Below are positions 1 through 10,431 of a stretch of 64,000 nucleotides of DNA, in pieces (the stretch's first letter is position 1; each line of letters begins with the position of its first letter). The notes beneath the pieces were generated by a model. That model made no database searches and had not been told where the DNA came from. It saw only the letters and a program-made list of their open reading frames with translations. The stretch covers positions 5,394-69,393 of IMG/VR virus record IMGVR_UViG_3300029288_000168; one strand, written 5' to 3'. The position numbers and the translations under genes were made by a program. The DNA is from a virus (taxonomy: Duplodnaviria > Caudoviricetes).

Positions 1-2709
1 GTTGGATCATATACATCTATTGGTTCTTGGTTTAATAATGGTTCGTTGTTATTGAGTTCCAATGCGTTGGTTGCTGGGTGGGTGGCCCCAACTGAAAGGT
101 TATTTGTTGAGTCTCCAGATGCAGTAGTAGATGCTGTAACAAACGTTTTAGGGTTATATCATGCGGCAGGAACGTTTGCAACTGTAGGGTGTGGTACTGG
201 TTTAGTTTTTTATGGGGATTGGTCATCATCCTCGTATCAAGAGGTAGCCAATATAGAATCTGTATTGGGTGCAGCTGATGGCAGTTTGATGAACTTAGTA
301 TTTGGCGTACTTGGTGCCAACAAGATGTACCTTTCCAACCTCGGGTACTTAGGTATTGGTACATCAGATTTTGACGGTACTCCTGCAGTTGGTATGCTTA
401 CCGTCCAAGGTTCTACTAATGACGGCTCTACTAACATTTTTGTAGGTAGAGACAGCGACGGTGCAAACGTTGCATGGATAAATACTAATGGCAATTTATT
501 TTTTGGTGGTAATACAGAAAGTGGTGCATCTGGATTAAGAATATTCCAAAATAATACTGATAGTTTTATTGATTCGGTTACAGACGCTGCTACTGGTGCA
601 CTTAGGTTTAGGACGAATACTGGTACAGATGCAACGGAACGCATGCGAATAACTTCTGGTGGACACGTTCTTATCAACTCCACCGACGACGACGGAACGC
701 CAGCTACTGGTATGTTTGTTGTTAAGGGTTCGACCAATGATGGCTCTACTAACATCCTTGTTGGTAGAGATAGTGATGAGGCGAATGTTGCGACGCTGGA
801 CACGAACGGGAAGATGTCTTTAACGTCGGATGCCGTTGCTGTTAAACCAACCGCTACGATAGTTATTGCCTCGTCTACTTCGAGAGGTAAAGACGCTGCG
901 GATTACGTCTGTGATGGAACAAATGATGAAGTCCAGATACAGGCGGCGATAGACGCCCTTGGGGTCGAGGGTGGGACGATATGTTTACTCGAAGGAACAT
1001 ATACTATTGCGGCAGTAATAACCATTGATAAACGCATTACGATAACAGGACAGCAATCGGGCGATAAGGGCGGTGGAACAAAACTCGTCCTTGCCAATGC
1101 CGCAGACTGCGATATGTTTGACCTTGTTCCTGCCGTAGGTGCTTCGACTACTCACTACCAGTTGACACGATTTGAACACCTTATGCTTGATGGCAATAAG
1201 GCAAATCAAACAGCCGCTACCAAAGCTATCGACCAGAATGAGGGAAGCGCTGTAGACCTTACCCTGTATGATATATGGTTCGACTCTTGGAAGGGCTACT
1301 GCATTGACTTACAGCAGTATTGGGACTGGCATATTTTCAGGTGCGTGTTTGAACATAACGACACCTATGCGATACATCTTGAACACGTTAATAGCCATGC
1401 CCCTACGACTGGCTGGATAAAAGATTGCTTTTATCCGTCTGTCATACAGGACGGAACAGATAGAAGCACGAGGTTGATTATTGAAGGTAATTATATAAAT
1501 ACCTCGGACGCTTTTAACAACTTTGACCTGTGGTGCTCCAACCTTATATTCAAGAGCAATATGACCAACGCTTCTGCGGCAGTAAGGACGGCAAATACCT
1601 ATACCATATTAAAGATTAACTCTACCACGGGTGGGACAAATACCAATAACTATGTTATCTCCGATAATATCTTTAATGAGACGGGCGATAAATATGCTAT
1701 AGATATCGGCGGTGGCGGCACTACAATAATCAATCGTATGGTAATCGAGGGCAACGTCTTCCAATTCAGCGATGGCGCTTCAATAATTCACAACACGGGA
1801 ACAGGCCAGCTCGCCAACTTTATTGTTTCGGGTAACACCTTCCAAGGGCAGGACGATAATTCGATGAAGGGCGTATATGTCGGGAATAGCAACGTATCTA
1901 ACATTAGCGACAACACCTTTATTAACTTTGCCACGGGAGTCGATATTTCGGATGCTTCTTGTTATAACCCTATTGTTAGTGGGAATAACTTTGACGCCTG
2001 CACGACCCCTGTAACGGCAGGCGGTTCAGGAACATATAATCCTCTGGTCTATGGGAATAAAACAGGAAACACGAAGGATTTTATAGTCCCTGACGCAGGG
2101 AAACTACAGGCAAATTCTTTAGGCGACGACAAGAACATTCAGGTATATCACGATGATACGAATGGGCAAATCGTAACTTCTTCTGGAAAATTGATTCTTG
2201 CTCCCAATGGGACAACAGTTACGGTCTACCCTAAAATATTAGATGTAGATACCATACAAAATTACAACGATATAGTTCTCAAGACTTATGACGGTGGTTC
2301 TTACGATGCGGCTCTTACCGTTCACGGTGCAGGTGGAACACAAACTATTCAGATGAACGCCTATGGAGCAGGTGCCTTGACAACTGACGCTTCGGGAAAT
2401 ATTGTTGCTACTTCCGATGAACGCCAAAAGGATATTCAAGGTAATTTTACCCGTGGACTTAAAGACCTCAAAGATATAAGCCCTATATTTTATAAGTGGA
2501 AACCTGAAACTGGCTACGATACCGAACACGTTTACGCAGGTCTGTCCGCTCAAAATGTTCAGAAGAATATACCTGAAGCGGTGATGGCGAATGAGGAAGG
2601 ATATTTAGGATTACAAGACAGACCGATAATTGCGACGCTCATCAATGCTATAAACGAACAGCAGAAAGAGATAAATTCATTGAAGGCGCGTCTTGATGGT
2701 TTAGTTTAG
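1..2709 (+). CDS. Tail fibre/tailspike with parallel beta-helix and C-terminal intramolecular chaperone (Peptidase S74-like); 5'-truncated by the window
   Basis: Frame is open from base 1. Asn/Ile/Gly-rich beta-helix repeats (ISDNIF, IEGNVF, VSGNTF). C-terminus SDERQKDI..YKWK..GLSAQNVQ..coiled coil is typical of S74 chaperones. Confidence 0.85.
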   Translation, partial: VGSYTSIGSWFNNGSLLLSSNALVAGWVAPTERLFVESPDAVVDAVTNVLGLYHAAGTFATVGCGTGLVFYGDWSSSSYQEVANIESVLGAADGSLMNLVFGVLGANKMYLSNLGYLGIGTSDFDGTPAVGMLTVQGSTNDGSTNIFVGRDSDGANVAWINTNGNLFFGGNTESGASGLRIFQNNTDSFIDSVTDAATGALRFRTNTGTDATERMRITSGGHVLINSTDDDGTPATGMFVVKGSTNDGSTNILVGRDSDEANVATLDTNGKMSLTSDAVAVKPTATIVIASSTSRGKDAADYVCDGTNDEVQIQAAIDALGVEGGTICLLEGTYTIAAVITIDKRITITGQQSGDKGGGTKLVLANAADCDMFDLVPAVGASTTHYQLTRFEHLMLDGNKANQTAATKAIDQNEGSAVDLTLYDIWFDSWKGYCIDLQQYWDWHIFRCVFEHNDTYAIHLEHVNSHAPTTGWIKDCFYPSVIQDGTDRSTRLIIEGNYINTSDAFNNFDLWCSNLIFKSNMTNASAAVRTANTYTILKINSTTGGTNTNNYVISDNIFNETGDKYAIDIGGGGTTIINRMVIEGNVFQFSDGASIIHNTGTGQLANFIVSGNTFQGQDDNSMKGVYVGNSNVSNISDNTFINFATGVDISDASCYNPIVSGNNFDACTTPVTAGGSGTYNPLVYGNKTGNTKDFIVPDAGKLQANSLGDDKNIQVYHDDTNGQIVTSSGKLILAPNGTTVTVYPKILDVDTIQNYNDIVLKTYDGGSYDAALTVHGAGGTQTIQMNAYGAGALTTDASGNIVATSDERQKDIQGNFTRGLKDLKDISPIFYKWKPETGYDTEHVYAGLSAQNVQKNIPEAVMANEEGYLGLQDRPIIATLINAINEQQKEINSLKARLDGLV
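775..944 (+). repeat. 170-bp direct repeat, copy 1 (identical to 5847-6016)
   Basis: Base-by-base comparison GATGAGGCGAATG...CCAGATACAGGC shows no mismatch. Confidence 0.95.
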
Positions 2710-2717
2710 GGATTATA

Positions 2718-3929
2718 ATGTCTATAAAAATTATAAATGATGGTACAAGTAGTATGGTGATTAGAGGTCCGCATCCATCGGAAATTTGGATGGATTATAC
2801 TCTAACTCCAGTAAGGACAGTTTTAAGTGCACAGTCTAGTGAAGATGTCGTTATTGATGATTTGAATGTAAGGATAGACTATGTGGCTGATGTTCTTGTA
2901 GAGGGTCAGCTAAATGTTTATAATACAATTCCTATAGATGCTGGAATTCCTACATTTACTTCGTTAGATACTGATATAGGTACAGTCAATTCTGACGGGT
3001 ATGTAACAAGGGTAACAACTGGAACGGCTCGTATACTGATGAGTGCTTATCGTATAACTAAGGGGGCAGATGTTCCAGTATATTTGGAAGACGGTGGTAC
3101 CGAAGAAACACCATTAAGTTTTGTATCTGGCAGTTTGGGGTATAATATATCAAATAATGTAGATAGTCGGATTGTTGGTATTACTCCAGAAACTGCAACT
3201 GCTAAGAAGCCTATTTATTCAGTGCAGGATCATACTGGATCCTCTCATGGTGGGGTGCCCACCTACGTTCGCAGTACAGACTGTTGGGCGTATGGTTTAG
3301 ATTTAACTTGCATGAGTCCATGGAATAGTTATAGTGGTATATATAGGGCAGGGACGTTAATTAGTCCTAGACATTACATGCTTGCTAACCACTATGTTAT
3401 TCCAAATGGATATACACTTAGGTTTGTAACACAAGATAATGTTGTAGTAGATAGAACGATAGTCAATTCGTTGCATGTTGGCACTAACGACACACGCATC
3501 GGTGTTTTAGATAGTGATGTTCCAGAAACCGTAACGTTTGCGAAGGTCTTGCCAGATAATTGGATAGATTATATTCCTAGCATTGCTTTTGCAGTTCCTA
3601 CATTGTATACAGATCAGCAGGAGAAGGCTCTTGTAAGTCATTTAGACAAGGATTTGTCTGACTCTCTAATTTGGTTTTTAGTACCAGCTGAAACATATAC
3701 AAGTAGATTGGCTTTGTATGAAACAGTTGTTGGCGGTGATTCTGGCAATCCGATTTTTTTGGTAATTAACAATGAGTTAGTACTGCTGACATGTTGGTAT
3801 TATGGTGGATCTGGTGGAGGTCCGAATATACTTGTTAATAAAACCGCAATAAACGCAGCGATGACTACCTTAGGGGGCGGTTATCAGCTGACAGAGATAG
3901 ATTTAAGTGGATTTCCTACTTATTCGTAA
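2718..3929 (+). CDS. Ig-like domain plus trypsin-like serine protease, probably virion-associated
   Basis: GTLISPRHYMLANH (His), TNDTRIG (Asp), GGDSGNP (Ser); N-terminal Big_2-like GTVNSDGYVTRVTTGTARI. Confidence 0.75.
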   Translation: MSIKIINDGTSSMVIRGPHPSEIWMDYTLTPVRTVLSAQSSEDVVIDDLNVRIDYVADVLVEGQLNVYNTIPIDAGIPTFTSLDTDIGTVNSDGYVTRVTTGTARILMSAYRITKGADVPVYLEDGGTEETPLSFVSGSLGYNISNNVDSRIVGITPETATAKKPIYSVQDHTGSSHGGVPTYVRSTDCWAYGLDLTCMSPWNSYSGIYRAGTLISPRHYMLANHYVIPNGYTLRFVTQDNVVVDRTIVNSLHVGTNDTRIGVLDSDVPETVTFAKVLPDNWIDYIPSIAFAVPTLYTDQQEKALVSHLDKDLSDSLIWFLVPAETYTSRLALYETVVGGDSGNPIFLVINNELVLLTCWYYGGSGGGPNILVNKTAINAAMTTLGGGYQLTEIDLSGFPTYS

Positions 3930-3941
3930 AGGTAAATAACT

Positions 3942-6900
3942 ATGGGTACAATTAAAGTCGTAGTTCCTTCTACACCTACAATGCTTGTTACATTGACATA
4001 CGGGATTCCTACAGGGGTTAGTGTAGACTCTCACTTTGTAGTTACTCAGGCAGAGACAACTTTACCACATTCAACTAACTTGGGCGCTTTAGCAACTGGT
4101 TTGTTAAAAGGTACGGTTACAAACGGTGTGTCTGTAGTATCATCTATAATAGATAATTCTTCTAATTGGGATGCAGGGTATACCTACAGACTTACGTCAG
4201 TTTCTAGTACTTCGCCGTTAGTACTTGCATTGACTAACAATATTTTAAGTGGTTCGATCTTGCAGGCGTCTGCTGTAGCTTCTGGTTATTTATCTGCAAC
4301 TGATTGGCTCACGTTTAATAGCAAGCAAAGTACTCTTACATTTACAGACTCTGTTCAAAATACTGGTGGTACTGTAAACCTAGTAGGTGATAGTACTAGC
4401 CCAGGTAACTCATATTATTACGGTACAAATGGTAGCGGTACTAAAGGCTTTTACGCAGTACCAGCAGCTATGGCTTATCCAGTAGCTGGCATAGCCTTAT
4501 CTACTGGCAGTGCGTGGGGTACATCTATAACAGACAACTCCCCCAACTGGAATTTAGCTTATTCTCACAAAACAACAGAGGATGCTATAAGCGGGCTTGT
4601 ATTTGTTGACGGAGCTGGAGTATATTCGGCTAAGACTATAGGGTCGGATGTGCAAGCGTATAGTGATAACCTTGCTTCTATTTCTGGGTTGTCTTATTCT
4701 GCTACTGCATTTGTAAAGATGACAAATGCAAATACATTTACACTTGATACATCTGTATATTTAGTTACTGAGTCAGATCCCGTATATACGGCATGGTATA
4801 ATGGCGGTTCTCCGACGCTTGTTAACCTCAACGTCACCAATTCGGCAGGCTCGACATTAACCGATACAGCCGTAGTCAATATCAGGCAGAATGACGCCTT
4901 TGATGCGGTGTATAGGTATAATGGAGCAAGCGTGTTTCAAACTGATAATACTACATCAGCCAAGACCACGAGTGGTTCGTTTACGGTATTCGCCGCTTCT
5001 GGCGACCAACTACTCTGCGGCAAGACCAATACTTTTGAAGAAATATATGTTGATATAAATACCGCCTCAACCGCAGGACGAACTTTGACTTTCGAGTATT
5101 CCAATGGTGTCGGAACGTGGGACACTCTTGCCGTGACAGACGGCACGACTGCCTTTACCACGGATGGCTCAATAACTTTTACCGCCCCTGCAGGTTGGGT
5201 GACAGATACCTATAACGGCTCACCACAATATTATTGGGTAAAGATTACCTCTACAAATGACCCCGGAACAAATCCATCGGCATATATAATCGTGCCATCA
5301 AGCAAGCCATCATTTCAGGTATTTGCACAGGCGGGCGACACGACACCTGCGATATATATAAGTCCAAGAGGACCGTATGTAGGAATAGGAACCGCAAGAG
5401 ATTCATCTGTTGGAACAAATGAACTTTATGTAGTTGGAAATATATACTCTGATTCGGGGGGGATAGCCGCTAATTTAACTACGACAACAACCTCAACAGA
5501 TGGACTTGCTTTGGCTGTTGGAAATTCTGCTACTGGTGGAACTCCAGTAAGAGTTTCTCCAAGATTGCGTTTTACTTCTCGTGCTTGGGATGGTTCCGCT
5601 TCAAAATCCGAACAATGGATAGAAGAAGTTACTCCTGTCGCTGGGGCATCTCCTACGACTTCATATATCGCTTGGTCCAACGCCTCGAACGGCTCATCGA
5701 CCTTTACCGAACGTATGCGTCTGCTTTCAGGCGGTCAGTTATTTCTTAACACAACTGATACCGACGGCACGCCAGCGATAGGTATGTTGACCGTCAAAGG
5801 CTCCACCAACGACGGCTCGACAAACGTTCAGGTCTGGAGAGATTCAGATGAGGCGAATGTTGCGACGCTGGACACGAACGGGAAGATGTCTTTAACGTCG
5901 GATGCCGTTGCTGTTAAACCAACCGCTACGATAGTTATTGCCTCGTCTACTTCGAGAGGTAAAGACGCTGCGGATTACGTCTGTGATGGAACAAATGATG
6001 AAGTCCAGATACAGGCAGCAATAAACTCTCTGCCAGCTTGGGCTGCTACACCAGCTACCTTTGGTGGAGAAATAAAACTTCTTGAAGGACATTATAGTAT
6101 TGGCGCAACAATAACAGTCGATAGGTCTATTCAAATTATAGGATGTGGTTCAGGACAACAAACTGTTCTTGAATTGGCCGCCGGAGCAAACTGTGATATG
6201 TTTCAATTATCTCCTGGCACAGGCAATCATTCTTTCCCTTTGGCTAAGTTTTCTGATTTAATGTTAGATGGAAATGCCGCTAATCAGGACGTTGCTTCTT
6301 ATGCCATAGACCAAGCCGATGAAAGCGCCTATGATTTTTATTGTATAAATGTTTGGTTCAATGACTGGAAAGGTTCATCGCTCCACTTGACAGCAGACTA
6401 TGACCATAGGATAGAGAGGTGTGTTTTTGAAAACCAGACGACTTATGCCATAGACCTTGAGCGGATAGATACCACAACAGATACTGCTCCTATGCGGATG
6501 TGGATAACAAATTGTTTTGCTCCTACAATTTATTCTCACGGGGCAGGAACAGTTTTAGTTCAAGATTTAATAATTGATAATAATATATTCGTTCCGCAGT
6601 TTGATGATAGGACGGCGATGAACTTATCGGGCGTTGCTAACTTGCACGTGACAAATAACTCATCATTGGGCGAAACGACTACAGATAATACCTACGACTG
6701 GCTGTCGCTAGATAAGGCTCCTATTTTAGGAAGTGTAATTATAAGCAATAACACGGTTCGTAATGGTAAATGGAGGTATGTAGTCAACTTATCGGGTGTT
6801 AACGCATCGGCTTCCGATAGTGTTCTCATAAATGGTAATACTTTCCACGAAGATGATGGCACAACTGTTATATTCAATGACGCAAATAACATCATAAGCG

Positions 6901-7850
6901 GACTAACTATCTCGAATAATATTATCCAGACGCAGAATGACGATAGTATGACCGCTATAGATGTCGGGGCTGTTAATATGGCAAAGATTTTTGGAAACCA
7001 CTTCCAAGACGGAGCGGTGGGAATAGACATTTCCGATGCCACCTCTGATGACGTTACTATCTATGGTAATTCCTTTGACGGGCTGACAACCGAAATTACT
7101 TCAAGTGGTGATGCTTCCCATCCAGCTTTAATATACGGAAACAAATCTTCAGCAAGCGATACTTCCGTTTTTGTGGTTTCTAATGCCGGAAAAGTTCAAG
7201 TCAATTCAGCGGGAGATGATAAGAATGTGCAACTCTACCACGATGATACCAATGCCTATTTAGTATCAAGCTCGGGCTCTGTCACGGTTCAAGGAACGGG
7301 AACTTTTGACGTGAGTTGTGCAGGAACGGGTGTATTAGGGGCTTCTGCTGTCCAGAACTATGGCACGTTCTCTATAAAAACCTATGATGGCTCCGCCTAC
7401 AATTCTGGTCTTTCTGTTGCGGGAAGTGGCGGAACACAGACCGTAACAATAGCTTCTCTCGCGGGAGTAGGCTCTCGCACCGTCGTTGCTGATGCAAACG
7501 GCGTTCTTTCTGCTCCCGTTTCCGACAAGAGATTAAAGAAAGATATTACTCCTCTTTTAACTGATACCATATCAATGCTCAAGGATGAAAATATCAAGGC
7601 CATAAATTACAAATGGAGGGACAGAAGCAAGGGCGATGCGATAGAACTCGGTTTTACCGCCCAGATGTTCGAGCCATATCATATTCAAGGACTCACTTTC
7701 GAGGATAAGGGGATTAAAGGGCTTAACTACGAGAAATTGACAACGATATTATGGGAACAGAATAAGGTTCAGCAGAAGGAAATAGACGACCTTAAGAATA
7801 GGGTAAGGAAGCTCGAACAGGCAACCGAGGAAAACATCAAGGGGGAATAG
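3942..7850 (+). CDS. Tail fibre/tailspike 2 with beta-helix and S74-like chaperone
   Basis: Thr/Ser/Gly-rich stalk, beta-helix repeats, C-terminal SDKRLKKDI..YKWR..GFTAQ..LNYEKL; paralogue of 1-2709. Confidence 0.85.
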   Translation: MGTIKVVVPSTPTMLVTLTYGIPTGVSVDSHFVVTQAETTLPHSTNLGALATGLLKGTVTNGVSVVSSIIDNSSNWDAGYTYRLTSVSSTSPLVLALTNNILSGSILQASAVASGYLSATDWLTFNSKQSTLTFTDSVQNTGGTVNLVGDSTSPGNSYYYGTNGSGTKGFYAVPAAMAYPVAGIALSTGSAWGTSITDNSPNWNLAYSHKTTEDAISGLVFVDGAGVYSAKTIGSDVQAYSDNLASISGLSYSATAFVKMTNANTFTLDTSVYLVTESDPVYTAWYNGGSPTLVNLNVTNSAGSTLTDTAVVNIRQNDAFDAVYRYNGASVFQTDNTTSAKTTSGSFTVFAASGDQLLCGKTNTFEEIYVDINTASTAGRTLTFEYSNGVGTWDTLAVTDGTTAFTTDGSITFTAPAGWVTDTYNGSPQYYWVKITSTNDPGTNPSAYIIVPSSKPSFQVFAQAGDTTPAIYISPRGPYVGIGTARDSSVGTNELYVVGNIYSDSGGIAANLTTTTTSTDGLALAVGNSATGGTPVRVSPRLRFTSRAWDGSASKSEQWIEEVTPVAGASPTTSYIAWSNASNGSSTFTERMRLLSGGQLFLNTTDTDGTPAIGMLTVKGSTNDGSTNVQVWRDSDEANVATLDTNGKMSLTSDAVAVKPTATIVIASSTSRGKDAADYVCDGTNDEVQIQAAINSLPAWAATPATFGGEIKLLEGHYSIGATITVDRSIQIIGCGSGQQTVLELAAGANCDMFQLSPGTGNHSFPLAKFSDLMLDGNAANQDVASYAIDQADESAYDFYCINVWFNDWKGSSLHLTADYDHRIERCVFENQTTYAIDLERIDTTTDTAPMRMWITNCFAPTIYSHGAGTVLVQDLIIDNNIFVPQFDDRTAMNLSGVANLHVTNNSSLGETTTDNTYDWLSLDKAPILGSVIISNNTVRNGKWRYVVNLSGVNASASDSVLINGNTFHEDDGTTVIFNDANNIISGLTISNNIIQTQNDDSMTAIDVGAVNMAKIFGNHFQDGAVGIDISDATSDDVTIYGNSFDGLTTEITSSGDASHPALIYGNKSSASDTSVFVVSNAGKVQVNSAGDDKNVQLYHDDTNAYLVSSSGSVTVQGTGTFDVSCAGTGVLGASAVQNYGTFSIKTYDGSAYNSGLSVAGSGGTQTVTIASLAGVGSRTVVADANGVLSAPVSDKRLKKDITPLLTDTISMLKDENIKAINYKWRDRSKGDAIELGFTAQMFEPYHIQGLTFEDKGIKGLNYEKLTTILWEQNKVQQKEIDDLKNRVRKLEQATEENIKGE
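5847..6016 (+). repeat. 170-bp direct repeat, copy 2
   Basis: Identical to 775-944. Confidence 0.95.
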
Positions 7851-8099
7851 ATGCCATCTGAGGACCGCAGGAACGATATCGGGCAGAAGCTGACCTATAC
7901 GGTAATGACGGCGATCGTCTCGATTCTCCTGACGCTGATATTCGTCAAGACCTATCAGACCGCCGAGAACGCTTATGCCGCGTCCTGCACCAATACGACC
8001 GATATCGCGGTGCTCAAGCAGGTGGATAAGACGCTCACAGAGAAATTCGACACGATAGACAAGAAGCTCGACCAGATACTTAAAATATCGGTGCGATGA
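7851..8099 (+). CDS. Small single-TM plus coiled-coil protein (holin/XhlA-like)
   Basis: One hydrophobic helix (YTVMTAIVSILLTLIFV) followed by heptads; sits after the tail genes. Confidence 0.5.
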   Translation: MPSEDRRNDIGQKLTYTVMTAIVSILLTLIFVKTYQTAENAYAASCTNTTDIAVLKQVDKTLTEKFDTIDKKLDQILKISVR

Positions 8100-8314
8100 T
8101 GAGCAATGAAAACGGACAAGCGCCGTTTGATGATTACGCGGTATACGGCAATGTGTGTATCCGCAAGAAAGACCTTGCCGTTGCCGGCATATACAAGGGC
8201 AACGTCCTCGTTGATATCAAGGACATGACGCAAGAGGAAAAAGAACAGGCGCACAGGTATGTTAGGCAGAACACGTTCGATATATGTTTAACGAAGGTGC
8301 AGGATCTACTTTGA
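8096..8314 (+). CDS. Hypothetical protein
   Basis: 72-aa ORF coupled to the upstream gene by an ATGA overlap. Confidence 0.55.
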   Translation: MMSNENGQAPFDDYAVYGNVCIRKKDLAVAGIYKGNVLVDIKDMTQEEKEQAHRYVRQNTFDICLTKVQDLL

Positions 8315-8397
8315 TTGATGATGTATCTGGAGTTAATGGTACAATAACGGGGGCGAACTGGGCAAATACAGGATGGGGGTGGTACAATTGCTCCTAA
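8281..8397 (+). pseudogene. Remnant of a LamG/concanavalin-like domain gene
   Basis: Frame reads YMFNEGAGSTLIDDVSGVNGTITGANW, a LamG-type motif; in-frame TAG at 8263, so no full-length gene. Confidence 0.55.
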
Positions 8398-8427
8398 TTT
8401 CCTTGCATTATAACAAAGGATGGGTAA

Positions 8428-9216
8428 ATGGGGTATGTAATTACTCGCAATAAGCATATGGATGATCACAACTACGTCAGGCAAGTAATTTTGGATAAGG
8501 CTAACAGGAGCTATGCTATCAATCATAAGATTACTGAAAAGTACAACTCTGAATCGTGGATTAATCAAAAGTGCTTTATTATAGCTGGAGGCGAGAGCCT
8601 TGCAGGGTTTGATTTCAACGTTCTTAACGAGTATAACACCATAGGCATAAATAGGACATTCCAGTACTATCCCAAGTTAAAGATTAATTACTCTATGGAT
8701 TCTGATTTTTACAATGCCGTTTTGGATGGTAGATATGATGTTGAAGGCAAGCCTAAAGTTAAAGATGCTTGGGTAAAATTTGCCGGATCACGTGTGTTCC
8801 TATCCCCGATGGAGCTTAAGAAATACGGCGATGAGGTCTTTTTGATTAAGCGTATACATAGACCATCCATAAGTCGCGATATTAATCAAGGCATATTTGG
8901 CGGTGCAAATTCAGCTGTTGGGGCTCTTATGTTGTCTATTGTTTTGGGGTCTAATCCAATATATTTGCTTGGGTATGATATGAAGGTAAGTACAAAGTCC
9001 CATTGGCATGACGGATACCCCAACCGCAACCTTAAAGATTTTGCAAATAAACTAACTAGTTATAGGGACGAAATAAATAGGTTGGTGTCTCTTATAAATG
9101 AGCTTGGGGTGGATATATACAACCTGAATCCAGATAGTGCTTTACGCTGCTTTCCTTTCGCAGATTTAAACAAAGTTTTGAAGGAGCAACATGCCGACAT
9201 ATCGCAATGTAAGTAG
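8428..9216 (+). CDS. MptE/DUF115-like (Maf/sialyltransferase-like fold) putative sugar transferase
   Basis: CFIIAGGESL, IGINR and IYLLGYDM motifs. Confidence 0.6.
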   Translation: MGYVITRNKHMDDHNYVRQVILDKANRSYAINHKITEKYNSESWINQKCFIIAGGESLAGFDFNVLNEYNTIGINRTFQYYPKLKINYSMDSDFYNAVLDGRYDVEGKPKVKDAWVKFAGSRVFLSPMELKKYGDEVFLIKRIHRPSISRDINQGIFGGANSAVGALMLSIVLGSNPIYLLGYDMKVSTKSHWHDGYPNRNLKDFANKLTSYRDEINRLVSLINELGVDIYNLNPDSALRCFPFADLNKVLKEQHADISQCK

Positions 9217-9610
9217 CATAAAAAGGTTGGTTGCAAACAGGGTAGTTGAGCCAGGCGCCATAATGGCTTCTCCAATAATATACGATTCAAATGAAGCAGG
9301 GTTGCTTAAGGTATCTGATTTACCATCCTATAATCCAACTTTAATATCTGTAAAGGTAGACAAGGGATGTGAAATCGGTGTGCCGTTGAAAGACGGGTTT
9401 GGGAACAACGTATCTAAGTATTCTATACATTTGTATGTGGAATCTGGTGAAGTTGATATTTTATTCAACGACGTAAAGAACGTACCATCTTTACAATTGT
9501 ACACTGGTGCCAAGTGGAACTTGCGGTGCATGGAGCGTACTATTGACAAGTTCTTTGTATCGTCTGATGTTGCTTTTGTATTATGGGCAATTATAGAAAG
9601 GCTTTTATAG
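9191..9610 (+). CDS. Hypothetical protein
   Basis: ORF with GGAG SD overlapping the upstream gene. Confidence 0.6.
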   Translation: MPTYRNVSSIKRLVANRVVEPGAIMASPIIYDSNEAGLLKVSDLPSYNPTLISVKVDKGCEIGVPLKDGFGNNVSKYSIHLYVESGEVDILFNDVKNVPSLQLYTGAKWNLRCMERTIDKFFVSSDVAFVLWAIIERLL

Positions 9611-9619
9611 GAGAAACTG

Positions 9620-10102
9620 ATGTTAAACTTTATATTGTCAATCGGAGTGATAGTGCTGGGTGGGTATTTGTGGTGGGTAGGAGGTCATGGCATCCATAAG
9701 GTACGGTTGCTTGCCTTTCCGGTAGCAATTGCCCTAGTTAAGTTTTATCTGTTGCATTGGAACTGGGTGTCTCTTTTATACATACCTACAATGATAGCCC
9801 TCATTGCATCAATTAACTATGGTAATGGTAGCTTCCCGCACAAGTTTTGGGTTTGGGTGTTTAAGGGGCAGGGACACGATGGAACGTATTTGCCAGTTGA
9901 GTTGTGTGTTAGGTCTAGTTGTGGACTCCTTTGGTCCTTGGCTAGTATTTGGTTTGTCATGGCTGGCGGTAGTTGGATGTATCAAGTAACTTATATTGTA
10001 ATTATGGCATTGTTAGTACCAGTTTTTGGGGTTTTAGTAAACAGCGATTTTTGGTCTGAAAGAGGAGTCGGTATGACAACGTCGTGTGCCGTTCTAGTAT
10101 AA
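9620..10102 (+). CDS. Multi-pass membrane protein
   Basis: Four to five hydrophobic segments; AGGAG SD. Confidence 0.65.
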   Translation: MLNFILSIGVIVLGGYLWWVGGHGIHKVRLLAFPVAIALVKFYLLHWNWVSLLYIPTMIALIASINYGNGSFPHKFWVWVFKGQGHDGTYLPVELCVRSSCGLLWSLASIWFVMAGGSWMYQVTYIVIMALLVPVFGVLVNSDFWSERGVGMTTSCAVLV

Positions 10103-10431
10103 TGTTAAAGAACTATATTAATAAGTACAGGGTAATGAACGAAAGACATAAAGTAGTAGAGTTTAACGGGCAGGTGTCTCAATACTGCTTTGCGCATTGT
10201 GTTGCCATGGCTAACCAACATAACCTTTATCATGCTCCGTCACATTACCTAAATGGTTGGCATGAGGCAGTCGGCGCTTTATCATATAGCGATAACTGGG
10301 CAGACGAAATTTTATCTTACATGATTAATAGCGATGATGGGCATAGGTCTGTTATATTAAACTGTAGTGAAATTGCATATGCTCACTATATAAGCAATAA
10401 CTGTGTGTATGTCTGTATCCGAGGTTGTTGA
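10102..10431 (+). CDS. CAP/SCP-like domain protein
   Basis: AHCVAMA..LYH..EAVG..MINSDDGHRSVIL resembles the CAP motif; TAATG coupling gives start 10102. Confidence 0.55.
   Translation: MLKNYINKYRVMNERHKVVEFNGQVSQYCFAHCVAMANQHNLYHAPSHYLNGWHEAVGALSYSDNWADEILSYMINSDDGHRSVILNCSEIAYAHYISNNCVYVCIRGC

Noticed and set aside
775-6016. DGR template/variable repeat pair
   Set aside because: The copies are identical with no A-specific mismatches, lie mid-gene, and there is no reverse transcriptase
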